This document shows positions 22,501 through 28,493 of a stretch of 64,000 nucleotides of DNA, in pieces. The notes under the pieces were generated by a model. That model made no database searches and was not told where the DNA came from. It saw only the letters and a list, made by a program, of their open reading frames with translations. Position 1 is the first letter of the stretch; every line of letters begins with the position of its first letter. Both the position numbers and the translations under genes were made by a program. The DNA is from Nanobdellota archaeon. Its GTDB lineage: Archaea > Nanobdellota > Nanobdellia > Woesearchaeales > JAGWAF01. The stretch spans positions 14,201-78,200 of the forward strand of contig JBBSWF010000020.1 in assembly GCA_038046365.1 (NCBI GenBank). Reading direction: 5' to 3'.

Positions 22501-24367
22501 TAACCTGTTCAATCTCAACAGCCAGGTGATGGGAGAACTGTCAAAAGGGATGCAAGTCCAAAGGACCCCCGGCATCAGATACTACGCGATAGCCGGGACA
22601 AAGCCATACGAATTCAACCTTGGAGCGTTCACAGTCTCTACCAAGGAACTCTTCAAGCTCGTGCTGCCAAACGATGGGATCACTACAACAGCATCAGCGC
22701 AGCATGTCGGAGGGCAATACATAAACGACAGCTGCAAGAACTACTACCAGATAAACCTCACGCACACAGACCTTGTCGACAACCCATTATCCAGAAGAGT
22801 CATAGAGAGAATAGTCGGAGAAGACCAGTACAAACAGACCGGGACGGCGCTAGGATACAACCAATACCTGAGGCTACAGATCGAGAAATGCGACCCGCAA
22901 GAACAGATAGTAATCATCGGAAAACCGATCAAGCCAGCGGAAGAACCTGCCCCGCTTGGATGCAACTGCGGAAACGGAGTGTGCGGAGTAGACGAGACGC
23001 CCGAGACCTGCCCCCAAGACTGCTCCGCGAAGATAGAAAGGCCCGCTCAAGAGATCGCGACAGAGGTTGCGGTCTATCTTGTAAGCACGCTGGTGTTGAT
23101 ATTCATACTATACCGAGCATTCAGGATACTCAAGAGGCGCGAGACCAAGAAGTTCTACACAAAGGAAGAACCGTACATCAAGACAGAAGAACGCGTGCAG
23201 ATAATCGGCGCAGCAGGCATAGAAAACATGGCTGCGCCGCCAATTCGGCCGAAACCATATGGATACGAAACCCTCCCCGCGAACGAGAAGCTGAGAATAG
23301 ACCTCGCCGACCTTGAAGAGGACCTCGACCGCGTGCTAGACGGGAAACCCAAACGACCAGTCTTCTACCCGCTTGAACTCAAAGAAGAGATAGATTCCAT
23401 CAAAAATAAACTTGAGATCAAGATCCCTGAGAAGAGAGGCGAAAGAAAGAAAGAAGCGCCTGTCCCTCCCCTGATAGAGACTTCTGAGATACGGAAGAGA
23501 ATCGAAGAGCTAAGGAACCAATATCCGCTCGCGGGCGGAAAGAAGCTTGAAGCGGCTGCCAGCTCAACTGAAGGCGCCACGCAACTTGGCAACGCGATCA
23601 AACGCGGATTGGCATCGATTCGAGAGGAGATATCAAGGATGCTAAGCGGAAGGCCTCCCCCAGCAGCCGAAGACGAGAAAGCCGAAGAAATCCATACAGA
23701 CAATACTGAAACGCCCGCGCCAAGACCGAAGAAAAGACGCATTGAGCCAAAACCACCTGAAGAACCCGCCTCAAAGAAGCTCGGATGGAAAGACGATGAG
23801 AGAGAAAAACTGCTGCAGCTGCTAGAAGAGGCGAGGAACCAGACCAGGAGAGTGTCTTTGGCGAAACAATCCCGAAGGAATGAGGAACTCGCGCGCAAAG
23901 AGCCGCCAAAGATCAGCGCGATGATCAAAGGCGAGCTCGACGACCTCTTTGAAGACACCAAACGGCTAATAGACGGCGCGATACTGCGGACCAAAGATAA
24001 GAGAGAAGAGAAGAAGAAAGAATGGAAGAAAGAGATCAAACTCAACGAAGCCAAAACAGAAAAAACACCCAGGCGAGAGAAGATAGACCTGAAAACGGAA
24101 CTGAAACCGGTTCCAAAGACTGAGAAAACCATTCCCGCGAAGCCTGCGCCAAAGCCGATCAGCAGACCGGCAATCCACCCAAGACCCGCGCCTGCTAAAA
24201 GTATCATGCCGGCGAAATCACCGCCGAAGAAGAGAGAAAGCAGCGTCTTTGGCGCTGAACTCTCCGGACTCGCAGACGAAGCAGAGCGACTCCTAGGACT
24301 CACTGACAAGATCAGCCGCAAGGCTGAGGAATCACAGAAGGCCAAGCGCAAGATGGAGAAGAAGTGA
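10556..24367 (+). CDS. Giant (4,603-aa) multidomain cell-surface protein. In order it contains an N-terminal signal-anchor TM, two subtilisin-like (S8) peptidase domains, beta-sandwich domains, a very long N-x-S/T-rich right-handed parallel beta-helix (PbH1-type) region, an Ig-like D-x-D-G-D module, a poly-Ala/Pro linker, an alpha/beta-hydrolase (GHSLGG lipase-like) domain, a Cys-rich module, a second TM helix and a K/E/P-rich cytoplasmic tail.
   Basis: Uninterrupted 13.8-kb ORF. The first S8 triad is DTGV(Q) (about nt 11865), HGT (about 11980) and GTSISTP (about 12450). The second is IIDSGV (about 13285), GHGSHIAG (about 13440) and SGTSFATPHV (about 13990). PbH1-like repeats include NNSRIAFNLIENSTGGLNLTNSFNNRIHNNTIRNNSVN. 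The lipase-like domain has LLHGFASSP plus AHSLGG (22130–22335). TM helices lie at about 10745–10810 and 23065–23125. Confidence 0.85.
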   Translation: MESQDSFQARQVDENLAEWARSQDGGSESYAFTPPSAPIAWRSHHREHLAEVLGAQPKDPSKLQLAIGVVVPLMFIIATIMTLADPSITGLVAYSERSIIELNATITSSRNITIGLNDIPMRVRVSGMATGNVSIIHRPSGRKMFETASPGIVALTEECGQACARRDYSSSADPPRYNLTLEVSIGEGAELNITTIGYTFTPANRQPLFNRKLANLTATAKTTTKIDLAGYAKDPDNDSITFIATNSMLADIEVHGSILQIIPKKNATGPTRFVVYASDTKSISRVTVNLDIRQDIGTDEAAAINAPFEIEPDLVEQTQLEDGTPVIIELEEPQEALGELIKAAKIKEEQTLLDTKTSDERVNVKRRYKNIPAVSAVMTQEGLQDLLSNPNIKAIRADEEFSISITDELKQVHAEPQARIMPDGTRLDGEGKTVCLIDTGVQTTHPDLLGKVIGGYNSIDSPEYSSTDISDDNGHGTAVAGIIAAPDGIAPMAMIFPVKACGKTGSCKASAILSAIDACIGARSTHNITVISGSFGDGLAHTAGDCPDTLGAAITAAHDAGMTMTFAAGNNGYLDGVNYPACDGRAISVGSSTQYDTPTSFTNKGSKTDLLAPGQNVTTTMIGGGWGEASGTSISTPFAAGAAMIIAQGLELTGRGATPEDVKNLLMNYSAKAMGMPMLDLSAAIAAATGKSETPIPINGTPTSPAGNETQTIAAEQHAGSIQKPPENQRRLTGGAKPTPSFTPALGKTSALVTRQIETEGKADVIIELELPNITMKDGFGVMSLNQGRAMTKDGLKDAVGRAQRSSLEGMKTALNGTFGTLSSDEDISITDQPEYLPFITGTVSASGLEKLKSTRSVKAIHPNLIRELLPTIIDPEPKASFDISLPTIGALYARDTLNYTGLGVKVAIIDSGVDYTHPDLGGCTRDQFLAGTCAKVPTGYAFCNATNCGRDPDPIDQFGHGSHIAGIIGGTGVGGLKGIAPNATFIAIKSCNATGSCPDASVIAGIDYAISHGADVITMSLGSVPIPNDGLDVIGQAASSAAMMYSITVVAAAGNSGPGTGSIATPAAGQGVLSVTASNDAGTAAVSDDTIASFSDRGPLAFGRFGPDISAPGVSINSTVPQTSQCPYSTVLCSNTGYKVSSGTSFATPHVTGAVALLREQDKNLTPAEIRSILMSSAASISGHPFDKGAGLINATGALTRATRMLIDGAEKGNLESIAGEYAEFNITIVNKDSVSRTITLTAENISEPDGNNSIAASWDLPLPFTAPGNNNTTVRLRMKTNSGATPSVYGGTIIATSDLSETMRTPFTLTVPLYGDGTISMRTSDSSTSSKTGDIFYFKLISPNASGFTTYLSWPDPQYDMDMYLFSEGGLLLTYSAGLDDPEWVGASNIYEKNYWVAANSYYVPSSGMSFEVATAYSSNLTIIPNTIQASAVAGQTKQMTFAIRNGLGPKNMTIALTRLQDSESVDTTRTAPAGGNDYYSFTRNGLNISGMKTCDVIINWTGGADLDLSYYTSNDGGSTNTTRLPSSAHDNGALNQTREALIAHDVGFMAGYYSEWGVRTYNKNNSATQYNLTVRCKSNKPASEASVSPSYIQTMNNSQEINITVNVDTTDLAPNSSIAYMLVARYNDTREWAHSAVTLTVAAAPGVHAANGEYDGGTINLSNVADITNIPDMTLEKTTIGRIRWNGPIDARDANFTRYTTISAGLIAVNASVLHRSINSSANITFYGASCAGYKLLTSRGYIPDKEEATESGDICNATSDPACSSIACSGNTLTFQADHPTTFALLNGITNSIITTSRIGESNLTDANITDSRVNSSDITLSSIKNASLTRSIVNRTTIDNSTFIKSNATGSNINISSVNNSDVLNSTLIEVNMKDSVAAWSYIDPSNITNSTVNNSFVEDSEIDNSSIYDSNATNSTVNASLLSQADVRNSTIKGSTIHNTSINNSRIENSTISNGINISCGQTLTENINLSFNVVGHTPCYNAGADSITINCNGYTVTGTGSAPVINITGRAGVNVLNCNLFGNNAIAITRSNSSSITNVSAGWGTITISGASSNNTLQRASNISALTIGDDASYNRMNNISLSTLTVSGNWNNITNSSVNLTATVSGANNTITGSSMQSGGNIITISGSGHLIANNTISGNIAAGLLSSTRISDNNMTNACVGSIAAVPRNDITISGNRLLACTGGAVAINFEPIQNTNFTVANNQILSSDNPLNLVGGNDWKILGNTFNYSGPITLTSSNGTLFANNTVNSPVNAIAIDISNLTGSSIRESTIANGSEGSIGIRLRSSIENGTMENLGIDNNTIEGFTKCVSTSTGEDYPERLNGTSIYGNKFHSCGIAIELEANATGASAGGMRILHNRVTSTSTALKLRSASGARIENNAFNATGNTSILLIDNLNATMINTTITGTLNGISIINTSGIITRYLQIYNATSCAVLLNRSNGGILTNLTINTTSSSIHITGGMNHTINETNAPHPVILENASYSIINFTAQVNFTAQSPISSIVNLSDNYITINSTLAPQFNISAILTAYVSFNEAVPGIDQEDDGTLSTCPLTRCTTISQTGSIFVFNVTGFTSYGGISPTPGSVIVNSTINGSIVSNSTVNNATVTNSTINRSVITNSTVHNSTASNSSIINSILGNSTLTNSTLTGSYANASQMPIAQILNSTIISALVNRTNAENSSIRFSNTTSSIINASSVDNSSSTTSNLTTSIVNLSTVSGSIISNSSAYSSNISGSISDNSTIHNSNLSLSNANTSNIDLSGLSNTTAYASRVNTSSTANATLIRTNLTLANISLATLENSSVQNSTILHGRITSSTLLNSTASNSTITVSRIVTSITDNSTQLSTNLTRSLMNASVSENSRMTNTTSMASNINSTTADNTTTADSRLEQSTTNTTRLYGSTLGNSSAIRCIINLSQAYNSTLANSTILLATVNLSALDNSSAWQSNITESTVNKSLSDTSSIYMSVIANAQLNNTVSDNSTASNISSTNSTINSSIAVNLTLIESTLMSANVNRTYAHNITATNSTIKTSTINNSRAENSTIIGSNQTWSDVNNSDVRNSTIYRANVTASVVAGSTAVNSSINQSDVVNCNLTNVTVHNSTLFGETIINDIVINSRSLAACGKVIGRDAIMNQNITCDGAALIFNRSNNRVSCQGFLIQGNGTSTAIEIRSKPNSSADACIITNYSIAISVNDTNDTTLTNMKIDQSRIGLLISNSSNVTIGNMTVTMSTLVGALIDPSDNITIENSTFAGGVNPIILLDTNNSRIAFNLIENSTGGLNLTNSFNNRIHNNTIRNNSVNIRLTSGTGNIIYDNFLSDAKSLHIFAGAGNNFNTSGASGGHGNRFDNTIALRIYDQNGDGYGERGWDWPYNSTNNGTVNINVSDLGPITSRQDQAPVQVGAFNIVEMISGGTYNQIDLDGVFSDPDGDPLNYTVSGNNSLGVTVDAVTHVVYISAPGNFTGTQIVTFIANDSILAVSAGLTINVAASAPPPSTPQGSQGQGLAGPSAEDTAGADAAAAAAAAAAAAVTAAAPAVTAAAAAPAAAAAPSPPSSVFAPTVTAESFRNMIEGIKKTEDTPVACGYRTKKTIEKEVVPTKTNLTQVKLPEGYKMATDPFTLSCDGDSLDLTLNVPAGFTDLKALRCKKDGCTNIIEKEVTTKELVCGGKTVTQIRQEEITQRKESLALEDLGVIIEEGTTITNAKRAIQSGKNRLEFTREIRVPFQAKISSPKSSVPLPKNPSAAIIGTPLEVTLRNAQGPLAARITLPYIKPENYDQDSFAIFALTDGEWEYIESSTRDENNQKISAETNDLLKYVRNGVAQFAVIGTGCAACQQSKLAHTYSHEGARAAIILLHGFASSPKTWQFLIDEIALTNQPYQVYTFEFSASRPMMTTTREFMDLMELESGQFDTAYIVAHSLGGLITQEALHQSELAGTKYTWLPKVKKVVLIGTPNDGTPGVDVFQNLFQSLVNEKSVFNLFNLNSQVMGELSKGMQVQRTPGIRYYAIAGTKPYEFNLGAFTVSTKELFKLVLPNDGITTTASAQHVGGQYINDSCKNYYQINLTHTDLVDNPLSRRVIERIVGEDQYKQTGTALGYNQYLRLQIEKCDPQEQIVIIGKPIKPAEEPAPLGCNCGNGVCGVDETPETCPQDCSAKIERPAQEIATEVAVYLVSTLVLIFILYRAFRILKRRETKKFYTKEEPYIKTEERVQIIGAAGIENMAAPPIRPKPYGYETLPANEKLRIDLADLEEDLDRVLDGKPKRPVFYPLELKEEIDSIKNKLEIKIPEKRGERKKEAPVPPLIETSEIRKRIEELRNQYPLAGGKKLEAAASSTEGATQLGNAIKRGLASIREEISRMLSGRPPPAAEDEKAEEIHTDNTETPAPRPKKRRIEPKPPEEPASKKLGWKDDEREKLLQLLEEARNQTRRVSLAKQSRRNEELARKEPPKISAMIKGELDDLFEDTKRLIDGAILRTKDKREEKKKEWKKEIKLNEAKTEKTPRREKIDLKTELKPVPKTEKTIPAKPAPKPISRPAIHPRPAPAKSIMPAKSPPKKRESSVFGAELSGLADEAERLLGLTDKISRKAEESQKAKRKMEKK

Positions 24368-24470
24368 AACGACGATGACGATCATGAGAATCACTGGAAT
24401 GGAACCAACAACCGAGATGAAAACAAGACCGGTGTCCAAGTCAGAGAAAGAAAAATGGATGCCGCATACC

Positions 24471-24518
24471 GGGAATTTCGCAAAAAATGAGGCCAAGCCG
24501 AATTTTTGCGAAATTCCC
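24471..24518 (+). terminator. Perfect 16-bp stem hairpin (gggaatttcgcaaaaa / tttttgcgaaattccc, 16-nt loop) downstream of the giant gene.
   Basis: Exact reverse-complement arms, read from the sequence. Confidence 0.45.
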
Positions 24519-24541
24519 AATCACACTCCCAGAAGTGGGGG

Positions 24542-24614
24542 GTGGAAAGCCATCAGGACTACCCCAGGTACCGCAAACAACACCCGGGAAAGATGGCTTT
24601 CCACTTTCTTTTTC
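24542..24614 (+). terminator. Perfect 13-bp stem (gtggaaagccatc / gatggctttccac) followed by the T-tract tttctttttc. It resembles an intrinsic terminator.
   Basis: Exact reverse-complement arms plus a downstream oligo-T run. Confidence 0.45.
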
Positions 24615-24667
24615 AGCACAGAAGTCACCAATCGTCCCGAACAGAGAAATATATAGATGCATTAAAT

Positions 24668-24828
24668 CCGCCGCGGCATGAGGCGGCACGACGGCCGTGC
24701 CGCTACCGCGTCACGGCCTAGCCACCACCCCGGAGGGGGCCATCTGGAAATCGCTTGCGATTTCCAGGGGTTTGCTTCGCCCTGCTCGCAAACCAACCCC
24801 CGGACCATCGCGCGCCATGCCGCGGCGG
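24668..24828. ncRNA. Candidate structured non-coding RNA of about 161 nt. It is closed by a 13-bp terminal helix and has at least three internal perfect hairpins. Class and strand are undetermined.
   Basis: The ends pair as ccgccgcggcatg and catgccgcggcgg. Internal stems are gcggcacg/cgtgccgc, ctggaaatcg-CUUG-cgatttccag (a CUUG tetraloop) and ggtttgc/gcaaacc. The element is about 64% GC in a roughly 50% GC genome and contains no credible ORF. Confidence 0.45.
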
Positions 24829-24849
24829 GTTGATAGACGAATTGAGAGG

Positions 24850-26646
24850 CTATCTTTTTCCGGGATCCTCATAGATCCCTTTTGAGGCGGCGATGAGCCA
24901 CTCTGGAGGGAAGTGGTATCTCATCAGATGTACAGCGACATCTCTTAACGGTTCTGGAACAGTGATCCTGATGGCCCAGTGATTATAGAGAAGCTCATCG
25001 ATCGACCATCTCTGGCTGGGCCGGAGGTCGTAGAGATTCTTGACACCATCCTTTGTGAGGATCGGAGCATATTCCGGCTTTTTCTTGTGGAGATTGATAG
25101 GTATCACGATCGCGATGTCGTCGGCGGTGAGGTCACGCCTGGCCTCGCAATCTTCGCAGAATGCGCTTGGAGCAAGAGACTGTGCCGCGACGTACCCTGC
25201 CATACCTTCTTCGGTCTTGACAGACTCGTCCAGATCTTTCTTGTCCACCAGCCGATTGTTATGGCAATAATCGCAGGGAGACTGGCTTATCTCCCGGTTC
25301 AGGAACCACGCTATGCCCTCTTCCGCCTTGAGGAGCGCGTCGTGGGACTTGAGCGCGTCGCAGACAGTCATTGCTTTATCACGCTCGATGCCGCGGATGT
25401 ACTCATCATTGATGCGGCCGCGAGTCCTGAAGAAATTGTTACCTGCGCTCTCCGCAAACTCCGGCGGCTCACCTGGAGGCTCCCTATAGAACACTGTGCC
25501 CATGCGCGTGTAGATCTTCATAGCGAGAGACGTCATCGTGATCCTGCCTAGATCAAGGCGGCGATGATACATCTCTGCCACCCGCTCATCGTGATGATGT
25601 GTCAGGAGATCCTCAAGTTGTGGATCATCAAGGCCTGGCAGCATCCCGGAGGACGCAAGACCTGAAGCCTCAAGCACCTTGTGAGCGAAGCGCTGGATTA
25701 TCTGCACGTTAGGATTATGATATATCTTGTTGTAAGCGATGGCGCGCAAGCGAAGGAAGTCAGCGGCGAGGTCGATAGCGTCGCTCTTTATCGCCAGAAC
25801 AGTCTGCCCATCCTGCTTGGCGAGGACCATGTTAGAGATGAGTTGTCCTGGATCGAGGCGGAATAGAGAGTAAGGCTCCTTCTCTAGGGTGCGCGTGAGT
25901 TCCAGGTCACGCAAGAGGTAAGCGATGCGGTCAGAACCGAAAGCGCCTGAGACCACCTGAGCCAGAGGATGATCCCCCCGAAACATTGCCAAGATGTCTT
26001 CAAGACGGACGTGAGCCTCGATGTGCCTCGCAAGCTCCTGCTCGCAGATGCGCATCCCCTCTTTCTCATGGTCGAAACCGTCTTTTCTCAACAGGTTCTC
26101 AGCGCAGTGGCCCCAAGGAGGATGGCCAATATCGTGGAGCAGGCCATCGACCTCAACCAATCGCTTTTCATAATCGCCGAGACCGAGCGCGTCCGCAATC
26201 TTCCCTGCGAAATATGAAGCCATCATAGAATGCTCACCGCGAGTGTGGTTGGCGCCATTGAACGCGTGCTGGACATGGGTGAGCTGGGCGATGCGCAGGA
26301 TGCGCTTGAACTGAGGAGACCTTATGAGATTGTGATAGCGATGGAAGCTGACACGAGTCATCTTGTACTCATACGGGTTGAGCGAGAGGAATGGGCGCAG
26401 TTCGAGGTCGGAGTGAAAGTTGAGTCCGTAACAGTAAGGAGGCCGGTTGAGTATACCCTTGAAACGCTCGCTCATATCCCGCAGGTCCTTTCTGTCCGAC
26501 GAGATGATCCTTGACAATCTATCATCATCCACCTGCTCTGGATCAGGCTCCGGAACCGGAGGATCGCCTATTGGAGCATCAGCGTAATCCTCGCAGGCTT
26601 TCTTGTACTCCGCGACCAAAGATTCCAGCGTCGGCTTGGCTTCCAT
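24850..26646 (-). CDS. HD-domain dNTP triphosphohydrolase-like protein (dGTPase/SAMHD1-type).
   Basis: HD motifs HVQHAFNGANHTRGEHS and LLHDIGHPPWGH are present. The roughly 600-aa length fits dGTPase-like enzymes. Confidence 0.7.
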   Translation of the reverse strand: MEAKPTLESLVAEYKKACEDYADAPIGDPPVPEPDPEQVDDDRLSRIISSDRKDLRDMSERFKGILNRPPYCYGLNFHSDLELRPFLSLNPYEYKMTRVSFHRYHNLIRSPQFKRILRIAQLTHVQHAFNGANHTRGEHSMMASYFAGKIADALGLGDYEKRLVEVDGLLHDIGHPPWGHCAENLLRKDGFDHEKEGMRICEQELARHIEAHVRLEDILAMFRGDHPLAQVVSGAFGSDRIAYLLRDLELTRTLEKEPYSLFRLDPGQLISNMVLAKQDGQTVLAIKSDAIDLAADFLRLRAIAYNKIYHNPNVQIIQRFAHKVLEASGLASSGMLPGLDDPQLEDLLTHHHDERVAEMYHRRLDLGRITMTSLAMKIYTRMGTVFYREPPGEPPEFAESAGNNFFRTRGRINDEYIRGIERDKAMTVCDALKSHDALLKAEEGIAWFLNREISQSPCDYCHNNRLVDKKDLDESVKTEEGMAGYVAAQSLAPSAFCEDCEARRDLTADDIAIVIPINLHKKKPEYAPILTKDGVKNLYDLRPSQRWSIDELLYNHWAIRITVPEPLRDVAVHLMRYHFPPEWLIAASKGIYEDPGKR

Positions 26647-26731
26647 CGACGGCGGGATTGGAGGGGATTATAAAAGGGTGAGGGGAATGGAGGCGCGGAG
26701 AGCCTGAGTAGAAACCATTTTATCCTACCCA

Positions 26732-27421
26732 GTGAGTTCCAGTGAAATGATAATCGACGTCCCGCTGATACGACAGCCCAAAGATTCAGTCGATTGCGGA
26801 ATCGCAGGAATAACAATGATTTTGGCGCACCATGGAATCAACAGACCGTTTGATGATGTCAAGAAAGATATAATGACGGACCATACCGGAACATACGCGC
26901 CTCAACTAGGAACCTACCTGATCAAGCAGGGTTTCGATGTCGAGATCGTGACAATGCACCCAGGATTATTCACAAAGAAACATCTGCCTAAGGACAGCAA
27001 TGACTCAAAGGCACATTTCCAAGGATTGATGCCAAAGACGAGCAAGGAACAAGACCGGAAGGTGATAGGCCATTTCATCGAATTCTTATCAGCGGGCGGA
27101 CTGGTGCGCGCGAAAAGGCCGACTGAAAAGGATCTCCTCTCAGAGATCGGCCAAGGAAGGCCTGTCGGCGCTCTACTGACCACCAACTTCCTGTCTGAAG
27201 AAGAACCAAAGTTCAATTTCCACTTCAACGTGATCACCGGAATCGATGTCAAGAAAGTATATGTGAACGACCCAATGTGGGACAAGAGAGGCGGGAAGAA
27301 GACCTATTTGATAGAAGACTTCTTTTTCGGATTATACGCGAGCTCATACGGCGATCTTGATAATGGGTGCCTGATAATGGTGCGGCCGAAGGGGGGCATG
27401 GCGATACACAATCAGGGTTGA
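26732..27421 (+). CDS. Peptidase C39-like (papain-fold cysteine peptidase) domain protein.
   Basis: N-terminal IRQPKDSVDCGIAGITMIL has a Gln before the catalytic Cys, typical of C39-like domains. Confidence 0.5.
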   Translation: MSSSEMIIDVPLIRQPKDSVDCGIAGITMILAHHGINRPFDDVKKDIMTDHTGTYAPQLGTYLIKQGFDVEIVTMHPGLFTKKHLPKDSNDSKAHFQGLMPKTSKEQDRKVIGHFIEFLSAGGLVRAKRPTEKDLLSEIGQGRPVGALLTTNFLSEEEPKFNFHFNVITGIDVKKVYVNDPMWDKRGGKKTYLIEDFFFGLYASSYGDLDNGCLIMVRPKGGMAIHNQG

Positions 27422-27475
27422 CGAAAAACTGGGACTTATCTGGGAGGGATAGAGAGTTCTAATACCCCCGATTCA

Positions 27476-28408
27476 TCACTTGCACTGCTTGACTATCTTA
27501 TACAAGAATCTCGGACTCAGATCAAGTCTAGGAAACTCCAGAGGCCTCCTTCTTAGCTCTTGCTCCATCTCTACTGGTGAAAGAGCGCAATGAGTGTCAT
27601 GATAGAAAGCGCCCATCGTCTTTGAGACTTCCTCATATCTGCCTTGTGCCACTATAGCCCTCATCAGGTTCAAGCGGTCCGACGCCAGACTCCCATGAGA
27701 CATATCCAAGGCCCGTTTGAAATGTCGCTCCGAAGGGACATACTCCTCAACATTATAATAAGCCACTCCGAGCACCACATTCGCGGCATAGGAACTCGAT
27801 GTGATAGACTCCAATCTCTCATGGACTGCCGGATGGGTATGACCATCCCGGATATCAATCTCAGAGAGAGCGATCTTCGCTACGGGATCATCCCCCACCA
27901 ATCGAAGGAAACTTCGGGCCGCTTTATGATCCCCGGACTTCAGATTGAGCAAACCCAGGACTAACTTTTCACCGTCTGAGAGCCGCTCGAACATATTATA
28001 GCAAACCATAGCAGACCGATTATCCCCTACAAATAACGCCGCTGCGGCGTATTCACTGAGGAGATCTGAGTTGGATAGATCGATGACCTCCTGTCTATAC
28101 TCATCGACCGCTTTTTTCATATAATCATGTCCTTGATTCTCAGGATCACTAAATGTCCTGCGAAGGGCGTCCACCCGGATATCTTTCACTGTCCGACGAA
28201 CAGATGCGCTTTTAGAAGAGTGTCTAAACCTGCTTGTATAATCATCAGGCCGCCCAAATGACCAATCCAGCCCTCCAAGTTGAGACCAATCCAGCCCCCC
28301 AAGTGGAACAAAACAATCCGGACCGATTCCCTCACCAAACCATCCAAACCCGTGATGGATAGGCCTATCAGGTCTTCTCGCCCCCTCTCCACTATCTTTC
28401 TTCGCCAT
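27476..28408 (-). CDS. TPR-like repeat protein.
   Basis: Helical repeat composition with W/Y/A periodicity (for example AYYNVEEYVPSERHFKRALDM). Confidence 0.45.
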   Translation of the reverse strand: MAKKDSGEGARRPDRPIHHGFGWFGEGIGPDCFVPLGGLDWSQLGGLDWSFGRPDDYTSRFRHSSKSASVRRTVKDIRVDALRRTFSDPENQGHDYMKKAVDEYRQEVIDLSNSDLLSEYAAAALFVGDNRSAMVCYNMFERLSDGEKLVLGLLNLKSGDHKAARSFLRLVGDDPVAKIALSEIDIRDGHTHPAVHERLESITSSSYAANVVLGVAYYNVEEYVPSERHFKRALDMSHGSLASDRLNLMRAIVAQGRYEEVSKTMGAFYHDTHCALSPVEMEQELRRRPLEFPRLDLSPRFLYKIVKQCK

Positions 28409-28493
28409 GATACCAAATAGCGCCAGAACCTTTTATAGTTCACTCCCCCCCTAATGGGGAACATTTTAATAGTCCGGCGAGTTAGAGGCGCTG

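Noticed and set aside
11056-23352. Numerous 60–350-aa ORFs on the minus strand and in alternate frames inside the giant gene (for example 11056..12114, 12559..13206, 16513..17265, 20965..21882, 21892..22575, 23365..24351)
   Set aside because: These are shadow ORFs created by the codon bias and length of the giant plus-strand gene. They have low-complexity or hydrophobic composition and no motifs.
24375-24721. Small overlapping ORFs (24375..24656, 24487..24681, 24506..24721 on the plus strand; 24441..24689 on the minus strand) in the hairpin and structured-RNA region
   Set aside because: They overlap each other in multiple frames within a region dominated by perfect stems. It is more parsimonious to treat the region as non-coding structured RNA or terminators.
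24668-24828. tRNA or intron-containing tRNA
   Set aside because: There is no cloverleaf. There is no GTTCRANYC-type T-loop and no anticodon-arm geometry. A 161-nt length with a 13-bp closing helix is incompatible with a tRNA.
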